A DNA stretch of 64,000 nt from an uncultured Actinomycetota bacterium (lineage in GTDB: Bacteria > Actinomycetota > Actinomycetes > Mycobacteriales > Jatrophihabitantaceae). Where the stretch lies: the NCBI GenBank assembly GCA_963758325.1, contig CAVWUZ010000005.1:49087-113086 (forward strand), in the 5' to 3' direction. The notes under the pieces are model-generated. The model saw only the letters and a list, made by a program, of their open reading frames with translations. It was not told the DNA's origin and searched no databases. Shown piece by piece: positions 27,727 to 38,790 of the stretch (within the stretch, counting starts at the first letter, position 1; each line of letters begins with the position of its first letter). A program made the position numbers and the translations under genes.

Positions 27727-27730
<4 letters not shown>
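27008..27730 (-). CDS. grpE: nucleotide exchange factor GrpE
   Basis: [18 protein letters not shown] and the GrpE C-terminal beta domain. GTG at 27730 in a GTGA overlap with the dnaK stop. Confidence 0.9.
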
Positions 27731-29625
<1,895 letters not shown>

Positions 29626-29705
29626 GTGGTTTCTCCCTGATGTGCTGGTGATGGTCAGTGCTCGCCGTCCATTGTCGGACCCGGCGCGAGCCACTGTCAA
29701 AGGAA

Positions 29706-29724
29706 CTGAGCCGGCTCGGCTCAA
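29706..29724 (-). promoter_or_regulatory. HAIR-like HspR operator upstream of dnaK
   Basis: On the dnaK sense strand it reads TTGAGC-CGAGCCG-GCTCAG, 81-99 nt upstream of the ATG. It is an imperfect match to CTTGAGT-N7-ACTCAAG. Confidence 0.5.
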
Positions 29725-30039
29725 CTTCCGGGAGCGGGCGTGAGCTGGACCACACGCGCCACACTCGAGCGATGAGGATCCCGCGGCAGCTGCTCGACCG
29801 ACTCCTGCGCCGACGTCAGCTCGCCGGTGCCCGCCCGAGACGCTGGCCGGAAGCCGAGGGTCTCGGCCGGCGCCGCCGGCCGGACGACGGGGGCGGTGAG
29901 GACGGGGGCGGTGAGGACGGCGGCGCCGCCGTCCGCGAGCCCCGCAGGCCTGGTCCACGACCGCGCAGTGGCGCCGGCGCCGCGATCCCGCCGGCCCCGC
30001 CGCAGGTGGTGCGACTGCCTGACGCCCGCGACGGGTCGA

Positions 30040-30720
30040 TCAGCTGAGTGCGACGGCCTCCGCGGGTCTCGCGGCGCGCCGCGCCGGCGTGCGGCGCAGC
30101 ACCGGCCACCAGGCCAGGCCGATCGCGAAGCACAGCGTGTGGCCGATCGTCGTCATGTCCGGGTCGAGCAGGAGCGGGACGAGCACGGCGAGGGCCGTGC
30201 CGACGCCGACCGGCAGGCGCCAGCGCCGCGGGACGAGCAGCAGCGCGGCCCCGGCCGAGGTCCAGATGCCGTAGCTGACACCGACGTCGAGCTGGCCGGC
30301 CTCGCTGACCGGCAGCATCCCGGCGGCGATGCCGGCCGCGACCCCGCCCTCGGTGATGAGCGTGGCCAGGACGTGACCGGACAGGAAGACCGCGAGCGTC
30401 CGCAGCGGGCCGTAGCGGCGCTCCAGCGGGGCCATGGTCAGCCCGATCGCCGCGGCGTACGGCAGCCAGAACTCGCCGGGCAGGAACAGTGCGCTGGTGA
30501 CGATCACCCGCAGCGGCCGGGTGGCCAGGTTGTCGATGTTCGTACTGGCCCAGTGCAGGACGGCCTGGTCGTCGCTGACGAGGTGCCGCAGCGCGATCGT
30601 CGTCCCGAGCAGGACGACCGCGAAGCCGCTCGCCAGTGGTGCTCGGGACAGCGCCCGGCGGCCCGCTGCCGCTGCGCCCCGCCACCGCACCCGAGGCAGC
30701 GGCAGCGCGACGGTCGTCAC
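30040..30720 (-). CDS. rhomboid-like membrane protein
   Basis: 226 aa with 6 predicted TM helices. The WASTNIDNLATRPLRVIVTSALF motif matches my memory of the actinobacterial rhomboid-like family. Conserved His residues lie in late helices. Confidence 0.5.
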   Translation of the reverse strand: MTTVALPLPRVRWRGAAAAGRRALSRAPLASGFAVVLLGTTIALRHLVSDDQAVLHWASTNIDNLATRPLRVIVTSALFLPGEFWLPYAAAIGLTMAPLERRYGPLRTLAVFLSGHVLATLITEGGVAAGIAAGMLPVSEAGQLDVGVSYGIWTSAGAALLLVPRRWRLPVGVGTALAVLVPLLLDPDMTTIGHTLCFAIGLAWWPVLRRTPARRAARPAEAVALS

Positions 30721-30797
30721 GAGAAGGAGTCTGCCCGGAGGTGAGGGCAGCCAACCGAGGGCGTGCTACGGATCCGCTGTGTGTCCGCGGGCGTCGT

Positions 30798-32573
30798 TCA
30801 GTCGACCGGGGAGCCGGCCGTCGCCTCCTGCATGGCGGCTTCACCGGCGCCGGAAAGCCCCTCCTCGGTCTCCGCCAACCGCGACCGGTGCACCGGCGGC
30901 GTCCCCGCACCGCGCAGCCAGGAGAACACGGCGGCCAGCAAGCACAACCCGGCCGCGAGGTAGAACGCGGCGTGCAGGCCGGTGCCGAACGGCCCGGAGA
31001 TCAGGTGCGGGAAGAAGCCGCGGCCGGTGAGGTAGTCGTACTGCGCCGGTGACACGTGCGCGGCCGATGCGGAGGGCAGCAGCTGCTGTATCGGGTTGAA
31101 CCCGAGGAAGGAGGCGAACAGCAGCCCGATGGGCGGCAACTGCGACACCGCCTGCGCCTGACCGGCGGAGACGCCCTGCGCGGTCAGCCCGCTGAACAGC
31201 GCATGCGGCAGGCTGCTCGCCAACCCGAGCGTGATGATCGTGAAGAAGACGCCGATGGACAGCACGCTCGCGCTGTTCTGGAAGGTGTTGAGCATCCCGG
31301 CCCCGGCGCCGCGCTGGTCCGGCGGCAGGGAGTTCATCACGCTGGAGGTGTTCGGCGCGAAGAACAGCCCCGACGACAGCCCGACGAGCAGCAGCAGGAC
31401 GGCGAACCAGGCGTAGCCGAAGTCCATCGGCAGCAAGGTGAACAGCACGAAGACCACAGCGGTCAGGGCCACGCCGATCGTCGCGAACGGCCGGGCGCCG
31501 AACCGGTCGGACAGCCGGCCGGCCAGCGGCCCGGCGAGCAGGAACCCGATGGTGAGCGGGACGAGGTAGATGCCCGCCCAGAGCGGGGTCCGCTCGAAGC
31601 TGTAGCCGTGCAGCGGCAGCCAGATCCCCTGCAGCCAGATGATGAGCATGAACTGCAGGCCGCCCCGGGCCAGCGCCGCGAGCAGTGCCGACAGGTTGCC
31701 CATGCTGAACGCGCGGCTGCCGAACAGCGACAACCGGAACATCGGGTCCGCCACTCGGCGCTCGACGACGACGAACGCCAGCAGCACGGCGAGACCGCCG
31801 AACAGGCAGATGAGGACGAACGGCCGGGTCCAGCCCATGACGTGACCGCCGTAGGGGTTCAGGCCGTAGACGATGCCGGTGAGGATGGCGACCAGCCCGA
31901 CCGCGAACAGCAGGTTGCCCGCCCAGTCGATCCGGGCGTGGGTGCGCACCCCGTTGTCGCGCAGTTTCAGCAGCGACCACACCGTTCCGAACGCGCCCAG
32001 CGGGACCGAGACGACGAACACCAGCCGCCACTCGATCGGCGCGAGCAGCCCGCCGAGGATCAGGCCGATGAACGAGCCGCCGATGGCGGCCACACCGTTG
32101 ATCCCGAGCGCCAGCCCGCGCTCCTCGGCGGGGAACGCGTCGGTGAGGATGGCCGAGGAGTTGGCGAACAGGAACGCCCCGCCGACGCCCTGCCCGATCC
32201 GCATGAAGATGATCCACAGCGCGCCCGCCGACCCGGTCAGCCACGTCACCGACAGCAGGATCGAGAACACGGTGAACAGGACGAAGCCGAGGTTGAACAT
32301 CCGGACCCGGCCGTACATGTCACCGATGCGGCCCAGGCTGACGACCAGGACGCTCGTGACGAGCAGGAAGCCCATCAGCGTCCACAGGAAGTAGGACGTG
32401 TTGCCCGGCGCGAGCGGGTCGAGCCGGATGCCGCGGAAGATGTTGGGCAGGGCGATGAGCAGGATGGACGCGTTGACCGTCGCCATGAGGACGCCGAGCG
32501 TCGTGTTGGACAGCGCGATCCACTTGTAGTGCAGGCCGGGTGCGCGGGTGTCCGGGGCGGTGCTCGCCGACAA
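30798..32573 (-). CDS. MFS transporter, DHA2 (14-TMS) type
   Basis: KWIALSNTTLGVLMATVNASILLIALPNI, the GRIGDMYGR motif and about 14 helices. TTG start at 32573. Confidence 0.85.
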   Translation of the reverse strand: MSASTAPDTRAPGLHYKWIALSNTTLGVLMATVNASILLIALPNIFRGIRLDPLAPGNTSYFLWTLMGFLLVTSVLVVSLGRIGDMYGRVRMFNLGFVLFTVFSILLSVTWLTGSAGALWIIFMRIGQGVGGAFLFANSSAILTDAFPAEERGLALGINGVAAIGGSFIGLILGGLLAPIEWRLVFVVSVPLGAFGTVWSLLKLRDNGVRTHARIDWAGNLLFAVGLVAILTGIVYGLNPYGGHVMGWTRPFVLICLFGGLAVLLAFVVVERRVADPMFRLSLFGSRAFSMGNLSALLAALARGGLQFMLIIWLQGIWLPLHGYSFERTPLWAGIYLVPLTIGFLLAGPLAGRLSDRFGARPFATIGVALTAVVFVLFTLLPMDFGYAWFAVLLLLVGLSSGLFFAPNTSSVMNSLPPDQRGAGAGMLNTFQNSASVLSIGVFFTIITLGLASSLPHALFSGLTAQGVSAGQAQAVSQLPPIGLLFASFLGFNPIQQLLPSASAAHVSPAQYDYLTGRGFFPHLISGPFGTGLHAAFYLAAGLCLLAAVFSWLRGAGTPPVHRSRLAETEEGLSGAGEAAMQEATAGSPVD

Positions 32574-32655
32574 TGTGGTGCCTTCCGGTGGGACAGGGCT
32601 TCCAAGTGGGACAGGGACCTCTGAAGGAGACGAGGCCTCTCGTTAGGCAGCCTAA

Positions 32656-33942
32656 CTAATCGGTGAGCCGGCCTATTTCGTTCACGAGTGCGGCGCCGAC
32701 GTCGCCGAGGACGTGCGCGCCGCCGCGCACGACCACGCGCCCGTCCACGACGACGGTGTCGACGTCGGCCGCACCCGCGGCGAGCAGCGCCTGGTCGGGG
32801 TCGGCGCCGGCGGTGCGGACGGTGTCGAGCCGGACGGCGACGAGGTCGGCGCGGGCGCCCGGTCGCAGGACGCCGGCATCCGGCCATCCGAGGGTGTCGT
32901 GCCCGGTCATCGCGGAGACGAGCTCCGCCGGCGTGAAGTGGCCGCGCCGGCCGGTGGCCAGCCGCTGGTCCATCTCGAGCGCCCGCGCCTCCTCGAACGG
33001 GTCGACGACGACGTGCTGGTCGCTGCCGAGGGTCAGCCGGCATCCCGCGTCGGCCAGGCGCCGGGTGGGGCCGATCCCGTCGGCGAGGTCACGCTCGGTC
33101 GTGGGGCACACGCTCACCACCGTCGCGGTGTCGCCGAGCAGGCCGATGTCCGCCTCGCTCAGGTGCGTCGCGTGCACCGCGGTCGTGGTCGGCCCGAGCG
33201 CGCCGGACTCGTGCAGCAGCTGCGTGGGCGTGACGCCGTAGGCCGCGAGGCACTGCTCGTTCTCGGCCGGCTGCTCGGACAGGTGGACGTGCAGCGGTCG
33301 GCCGGCCGCCGCCGCGACGACGGCGGGGACGGCCTCGCGCGGCACCGCCCGGACGCTGTGCACCGCGACGCCGAGCCGGGCCTGCGGCGGCGGGGCGATC
33401 CGGGCGACGCGGGCGGCCCAGCGCTCGACGGTGCCGTCACCGAAGCCGGCCTGCTCCGGGCGCAGCGGCTCGCCGATCCCGCCGGTGAGGTAACAGGCGT
33501 CGAGCAGCGTGATCCGGATGCCCGCCTCGCCCGCGGCGGCCATGAGCGCGTCCCCCATGGCGTTGCCGAGCCCGGCCCGGGCGTAGTGGAACTCGCCGAC
33601 GCACGTCGTCCCGGCCAGCGCCATCTCCGCGTACACCGCGCGGGCGAGGGCGTGGTAGCCGTCCGGGGTCAGCCGGCGGGCGAGCGCGTACATCGCCTCA
33701 CGCCAGGTCCAGAACGACCCGCCGACCGCCGAGGTCCCCGCGGTGCGCCCGCGCAGCGCGCGGTGGAACGCGTGGCTGTGGGTGTTCGCGATGCCGGGCA
33801 GCACGACGCCGGGCAGGACGTCGTCGCCGGGCTGCACGGGCCCGGCCCCGAGCGCGGTCACCCGGCCGTCCTCGACGTGGATCCGCACGTCCCGGCGCAG
33901 CTCGGCGCCCACCCAGGCGTGCCGGGCGGCGTAGACGGTCAC
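32656..33942 (-). CDS. formimidoylglutamate deiminase (HutF)-like amidohydrolase
   Basis: LPGIANTHSHAFHRALRGRT metal-binding motif and amidohydrolase fold motifs (HLSE, HATH, GSDQH). GTG at 33942 in a GTGA overlap. Confidence 0.7.
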   Translation of the reverse strand: MTVYAARHAWVGAELRRDVRIHVEDGRVTALGAGPVQPGDDVLPGVVLPGIANTHSHAFHRALRGRTAGTSAVGGSFWTWREAMYALARRLTPDGYHALARAVYAEMALAGTTCVGEFHYARAGLGNAMGDALMAAAGEAGIRITLLDACYLTGGIGEPLRPEQAGFGDGTVERWAARVARIAPPPQARLGVAVHSVRAVPREAVPAVVAAAAGRPLHVHLSEQPAENEQCLAAYGVTPTQLLHESGALGPTTTAVHATHLSEADIGLLGDTATVVSVCPTTERDLADGIGPTRRLADAGCRLTLGSDQHVVVDPFEEARALEMDQRLATGRRGHFTPAELVSAMTGHDTLGWPDAGVLRPGARADLVAVRLDTVRTAGADPDQALLAAGAADVDTVVVDGRVVVRGGAHVLGDVGAALVNEIGRLTD

Positions 33943-35174
33943 CGATCGCGGTTTCTGGGCGTCTCTAGCCGACGCGGTAGAGACGGCGAGACGAGCAGAT
34001 CGGCGAGCACGGCGGTGAGCGCGTCGACGCCGGCCAGGCAGTCCGTGCGCTCGGCGAACTCGGCGGGTGAGTGGGAGACGCCGGTGGGGTTGCGCACGAA
34101 CAGCATCGTCGCGGGGATGCCCGCCGCGGCGAGGATGCCGGCGTCGTGCCCCGCGCCCGTGCCGAGCACGGGGGCGTCCCCGAGCACGGCCGCCGCCCGG
34201 GCTGTGACCTCGTCGGCGAACCGGGTCGGGCCGGTCCAGGACTCCTCCGTCAGCGTCCCGCCCTGGTCGGCGACGAGCGCCGCGAGCTCGGCCACCACCG
34301 CGCGGACGGCGTCCGCCGAGGGCGCACGGGCGTCGAGCCAACCGGTGACCGAGGAGGCGATCGCGTTGACGCCGTTGGGTTCCACGCGGACCTTGCCGCA
34401 GGTGGCGAGCGCCGCGTGCCGCTCCGCCGAGTCCCGGGCGGCCAGTACCAGCCGGGCGTAGGACAGGACGGCGTCGCGTCGCTCGTCCAGTGCCGTCGTG
34501 CCGGCGTGGTCGGCCTCACCGGGAAGGTCCGCTCGCCAGCGGCCGTGCGGCCAGATGCCGCTGCCGACGCCGACGGCCGCCGCCCGTGGGCCCAGGGCAC
34601 GGCCCTGTTCCACGTGCAGCTCGACGTGCACGCCGACCCGGCCGAGGACGTCGGGGTCCGCGCCCACCGACGCCGGCGGCACGCCGATGACCTCGGCCAG
34701 CGACGTCCCGTCCGCGTCGCGCAGCGCGAGCGCCCGCGCCGGGGCGAGCGCGCCAGTCACCAGTCGCGAGCCGGCGCACGCGACACCGAAGCGGGCGCCC
34801 TCCTCGTCGGCGAAGTTGGCGATGGCCAGGGGCCGCACCGGCGTGACGCCGGACTCCCGGAGCGCGTCGACCGCGCAGAACGCCGACACGACGCCGAGCG
34901 GCCCGTCGAAAGCGCCGCCGTCGGGCACCGAGTCCAGGTGCGACCCGGTGGTCACCGCGCGACCGACCACCCCGGGCGGGACCCACCACGCCCACTGGTT
35001 GCCCGCCCGGTCGACGGTCACGTCGAGCCCGCGCGCGTCCGCCTCCGCGGCGAACCACTCCCGCAGCTCCGCGTCGACGCCCGTCCACGCCGAGCGCCGG
35101 TACCCGCCGGACGCCGACCGGCCGATCGGCTCGAGAGCCGACCAGAGCCGGTCGAACGTCGCGGACCCGGTCAG
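33939..35174 (-). CDS. M20 family allantoate-amidohydrolase / N-carbamoyl-amino-acid hydrolase-like enzyme
   Basis: GSHLDSVPDGGAFDGPLGV and EEG motifs. The conserved N-terminal block FDRLWSALEPIGRSASGGYRRSAWT...GNQWAWW lies in frame upstream of the track start 35021. I found no ATG/GTG/TTG in that stretch. A CTG at 35174 overlaps the upstream stop. Confidence 0.75.
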   Translation of the reverse strand: MTGSATFDRLWSALEPIGRSASGGYRRSAWTGVDAELREWFAAEADARGLDVTVDRAGNQWAWWVPPGVVGRAVTTGSHLDSVPDGGAFDGPLGVVSAFCAVDALRESGVTPVRPLAIANFADEEGARFGVACAGSRLVTGALAPARALALRDADGTSLAEVIGVPPASVGADPDVLGRVGVHVELHVEQGRALGPRAAAVGVGSGIWPHGRWRADLPGEADHAGTTALDERRDAVLSYARLVLAARDSAERHAALATCGKVRVEPNGVNAIASSVTGWLDARAPSADAVRAVVAELAALVADQGGTLTEESWTGPTRFADEVTARAAAVLGDAPVLGTGAGHDAGILAAAGIPATMLFVRNPTGVSHSPAEFAERTDCLAGVDALTAVLADLLVSPSLPRRLETPRNRDR

Positions 35175-36154
35175 GACGCGGGCTTCGCCAGGTCGGCGAT
35201 CGAGGTGAGGCCGTACTTGGTCGAGGTGTCCTTGGTGACGACGATGGCGTCCTTGTCCTCGGCGGCGGACTTGTCGAGCACCGTCAGCCCGCTCGGCACC
35301 GCCTTCTGCAGCGCGGCGTACACGTCGTCGGACGAGGTCGCTGTCGCCGTCTTGTCGAAGTACTGCAGCAGCACGCCGGAGTACTCCGGGATGAGGTCGA
35401 TGGAGCCGTCCTTCAGCGCGGGGATGTAGGTCTCCCGGCTACCGATGTTGAGCTTCGTGGTCACCGTCGCTCCGGAGGCCTTCAGCGCTTCGGCGTAGAT
35501 GTCGGCGAGCAGGACGTTCTCCTGGAAGTTCGCCGAGCCGACCGTGAGTGTCACGCCCTTCGCCGGCTGCGACGCGGCGGCCTGCTGCAACCCGAGACCG
35601 AGCAGCCAGCCGTCGGCGACCTGCACCGGGTCCTGCTTGTCGGTGACGACCTTGACGAGCAGCTGGGTGAGCGTGGTGGTGTCGAGCTTGCCGCTGACGG
35701 TGTTCAGCACGAGCTTCACGCCGTCGGTGGCCTTGCTCTGGTTGATCAGCGGCAGGACGTTCTGCGCGGCGAAGTTGTTCTTCGGGTCCTGCAGGATGAC
35801 GAAGTTGTTCGCTGGGATGCTCGGGTCGGTGGTGAACAGGTCGGCGGCCTCGACTTGGCCGTTCTTGAGCGCGTTGACCGTCAGCGGGCCGCCGGCGTCG
35901 AGCTTCTTGAAGGTCTTGAACGTGACGCCGTAGTTCTTCTGCAACCCGGGGACGCCGTCCGGCCGGGTCGCGAACTCCGGCGGGCCGCCGAGGGTCAGCT
36001 TGCTGGCGACCGTGTTCGACGCGCCACTGGAGCCGCCCGCCGCGGCCGACGAGCCGCCGCCGGACGACGAGCTGCCGCTGCTGCCGCAGGCGGTGAGGCC
36101 GACGACCGCTACTGCGGACACCGCGGACACCAGCGTGAGTGCCGTGCGCTTCAT
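35171..36154 (-). CDS. glycine-betaine/choline-type ABC transporter substrate-binding lipoprotein (OpuAC fold)
   Basis: ATG at 36154. Lipobox VGLTACGSSGSSSSGG. Conserved blocks LKNGQVEAADLFTTDP and RETYIPALKDGSIDLIPEYSG. Confidence 0.8.
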   Translation of the reverse strand: MKRTALTLVSAVSAVAVVGLTACGSSGSSSSGGGSSAAAGGSSGASNTVASKLTLGGPPEFATRPDGVPGLQKNYGVTFKTFKKLDAGGPLTVNALKNGQVEAADLFTTDPSIPANNFVILQDPKNNFAAQNVLPLINQSKATDGVKLVLNTVSGKLDTTTLTQLLVKVVTDKQDPVQVADGWLLGLGLQQAAASQPAKGVTLTVGSANFQENVLLADIYAEALKASGATVTTKLNIGSRETYIPALKDGSIDLIPEYSGVLLQYFDKTATATSSDDVYAALQKAVPSGLTVLDKSAAEDKDAIVVTKDTSTKYGLTSIADLAKPAS

Positions 36155-36191
36155 GGGTTCTCCTCTGTCAGGGTCTGGGGACGGCCGTCGG

Positions 36192-36992
36192 TCAGCCGGA
36201 CGGGACGGCGGCCGCGGGTCGGGTGGTCTCGGACTCGGTGAGCCGGCCCGCGACGGCGTTCTCGGTCGCCGCGTCCTCCTCACGCGGCGTCGGGCCGCCG
36301 CGGCGGCGGCCGGAGCCGCGCCCGGTGATGCCCGGCGAGACGGTGTAGCGCTGGACGAGCGCGAGGACGACGTCGGCGACGACGGCGAGTGCGGCGACGA
36401 GGATCGCCCCGCCGGTGCGCTGGCCGACGTCCTGCTGGGCCAGCCCGTCGTAGACGAACCGGCCGAACCCGCCGAGGCCGATGTAGGCCGCGATGGTCGC
36501 GGTCGCGATCACCTGCAACGTGGCGCTGCGCAAGCCGGAGAAGATCAGCGGCAACGCGTTGGGCAGCTCGACGCGCCACAGCACCTGGCTGCCGGTCATC
36601 CCCATGCCGCGCGCCGCGTCGCGGGCGGCGGGGTCGACGTTCTGCACACCGGCGAAGGTGTTGGCGAGCACCGGTGGGATGGCGAGCAGACCGAGCACGA
36701 TCTCGGTCGGCACGAGGTAGACGGCGTCGCCCTTCACCCGCGACGCCAGGATCAGGAAGAAGAGGATCAGCAGCCCGACCGAGGGCAGCGAGCGCAGCCC
36801 GTTCGCGGCGGACACGACGAACCGCGCGCGGTTGGCGTGGCCGATCAGCAGCCCGAGCGGCAGCCCGACGACCACCGCGATGGCCAGCGCGATGAGCGAG
36901 TACTGCACGTGTCGCACCAGCTGGTCGAGGATGCCGTCGGTCATCGTCCAGTTCAACGGGTCGTTCAGCCAGAGGAACGTCGCGTGGATCAT
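36192..36992 (-). CDS. ABC transporter permease (OpuC/ProW-like)
   Basis: EAA-type loop DAARGMGMTGSQVLWRVELPNALP. ATG at 36992 in an ATGA overlap. Confidence 0.85.
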   Translation of the reverse strand: MIHATFLWLNDPLNWTMTDGILDQLVRHVQYSLIALAIAVVVGLPLGLLIGHANRARFVVSAANGLRSLPSVGLLILFFLILASRVKGDAVYLVPTEIVLGLLAIPPVLANTFAGVQNVDPAARDAARGMGMTGSQVLWRVELPNALPLIFSGLRSATLQVIATATIAAYIGLGGFGRFVYDGLAQQDVGQRTGGAILVAALAVVADVVLALVQRYTVSPGITGRGSGRRRGGPTPREEDAATENAVAGRLTESETTRPAAAVPSG

Positions 36993-37684
36993 CGCGCCGC
37001 CACCGCCCGTCGCCATGGGGTGGCCACCCGGCCGAGCACCAGCACGAGCGCGTCGAGCACGACCGCGAGCAGGACGCAGAGCACGATGCCGAGCAGGATC
37101 GGCGCGTAGTACGACAGCTGGAACCCCGCCGTGAAGAGCTGCCCCAGCTCGGGGACGCCGACCGTGCCGGCGATCGCGACCAGGCTGACGTTCGCCACCA
37201 CCGCCACCCGCAACCCGGCCGCGATGACCGGGACCGCGATCGGCAGCTCGACCCGGACCAGGCGCTGCAGCCGGGTGTGTCCCATCGCGGTGGCGGCTTG
37301 GGTGACCTCCGGTGGGACGGAGGCCAGTCCATCGGCGACGACCCGGACCAGCAGGGCGACGGTGTAGACGGTGAGCGCGACCGCGACGTTGATCGGGTCG
37401 AGGATCTGGGTGTGCAGGATGCCCGGCATCGCGACGAACAGCGCGATGGACGGGATCGTGTACAGCAGCCCGGTCAGCGTGACCATCGGCGGGTAGACGA
37501 ACCGGTAGCGGCGGGCCAGGTAGCCCAGCGGCAGGGAGATGACCAGCCCCGCGACAACGGGTACGACGGACAGCCAGGCGTGCGACCACAGCCAGCTCAG
37601 CACGGTGCTCTGGTTCTGCCGGAAGTAGCCCCACAGGTCGTACTGGCCAGGCGCTCCGGCGAGCACGGTCGTGGCGGCGCTCAT
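36989..37684 (-). CDS. ABC transporter permease (OpuC/ProW-like)
   Basis: EAA-type loop QAATAMGHTRLQRLVRVELPIAVP. ATGA overlap with the ATPase gene. Confidence 0.85.
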   Translation of the reverse strand: MSAATTVLAGAPGQYDLWGYFRQNQSTVLSWLWSHAWLSVVPVVAGLVISLPLGYLARRYRFVYPPMVTLTGLLYTIPSIALFVAMPGILHTQILDPINVAVALTVYTVALLVRVVADGLASVPPEVTQAATAMGHTRLQRLVRVELPIAVPVIAAGLRVAVVANVSLVAIAGTVGVPELGQLFTAGFQLSYYAPILLGIVLCVLLAVVLDALVLVLGRVATPWRRAVAAR

Positions 37685-38790
37685 CGGCGGTGCCCGTTCT
37701 TCTCGACCTTTTCCAGCACCTCCGCGGCGCCGACGGTGCCGAGCAGGCTGCCGTCGCCGTCGACGACCACGCCGCGGCCCGACGGGGAGGACAGCGCGGC
37801 GTCCAGCGCCTCGCGCAGCGTCCCGGCTTCGGTCGCGAGCGTGCCGCCGAGGTTCAGGTGGTCCTCGCGGACGTCACCGGCCAGCGCGGCATCGCCGAGT
37901 CCGCTCAGCGCCAGCCAGCCCAGCGGGTGCCGCCGGTCGTCGACGACGAGCACCCACCCGTCGCGGGCGGCGTCACGCGCGGCGCGCAGCGGGCTGCCCA
38001 ACCGCACCGCGGGCTCCTCGCTGACCGGCAGCGAGCCCGCGGCGGCGAAGCCGAGCGCACGGTAGCCGCGGTCGCGGCCGACGAAGCCGGCGACGAACGG
38101 GTCGGCCGGTGCGGACAGGAGCTCGGCCGGCGACGCCAGCTGGGCGAGCCGGCCGCCGACGCGCAGCACCGCCACCTGGTCGCCGAGCTTGATCGCCTCG
38201 TCGATGTCGTGGGTGACGAACACGATCGTCTTGCCGAGCTCGTCCTGCAGGCGGAGGAACTCGTCCTGCAGCTGGGCGCGCACGACCGGGTCGACCGCGC
38301 TGAACGGCTCGTCCATGAGCATCACCGGCGGATCGGCGGCCAACGCCCGGGCCACGCCGACGCGCTGCTGCTGGCCGCCGGAGAGCTGACCGGGGTAGCG
38401 CTTGGCCATCGCCGGCTCGAGCCCGACCCGTTCCATGAGCTCACCGGCGCGGGCGCGGGCCTGCTTGCGGTCGTGCCGGAGCAACCGCGGGACGGTGGTG
38501 ATGTTGTCGAGGACCGTGCGGTGCGGGAACAGGCCTGCCTGCTGGATGACGTAGCCGATCCCGCGGCGCAGCTGCGCGGGGGGGACGGCCGCGGTGTCCT
38601 GGTCGTCGAGCATGATCCGCCCCGACGACGGGTCGATCATCCGGTTGATCATGCGCAGGCTCGTCGTCTTGCCGCAGCCGGACGGCCCGACGAGCACGGT
38701 GATCTGCCCGGACGGCGCCTCGAGGCTGAGCTCGTCGACGGCGACCGTGCCGTCGGGGTAGCGCTTGGTGACCGACTCGAACCGGATCAT
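37681..38790 (-). CDS. betaine/proline/choline family ABC transporter ATP-binding protein with a C-terminal CBS pair
   Basis: Motifs GPSGCGKTT, LSGGQQQRVGVARAL and MLMDEPFSAVD, followed by a CBS-like C-terminal half. Confidence 0.9.
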   Translation of the reverse strand: MIRFESVTKRYPDGTVAVDELSLEAPSGQITVLVGPSGCGKTTSLRMINRMIDPSSGRIMLDDQDTAAVPPAQLRRGIGYVIQQAGLFPHRTVLDNITTVPRLLRHDRKQARARAGELMERVGLEPAMAKRYPGQLSGGQQQRVGVARALAADPPVMLMDEPFSAVDPVVRAQLQDEFLRLQDELGKTIVFVTHDIDEAIKLGDQVAVLRVGGRLAQLASPAELLSAPADPFVAGFVGRDRGYRALGFAAAGSLPVSEEPAVRLGSPLRAARDAARDGWVLVVDDRRHPLGWLALSGLGDAALAGDVREDHLNLGGTLATEAGTLREALDAALSSPSGRGVVVDGDGSLLGTVGAAEVLEKVEKNGHRR

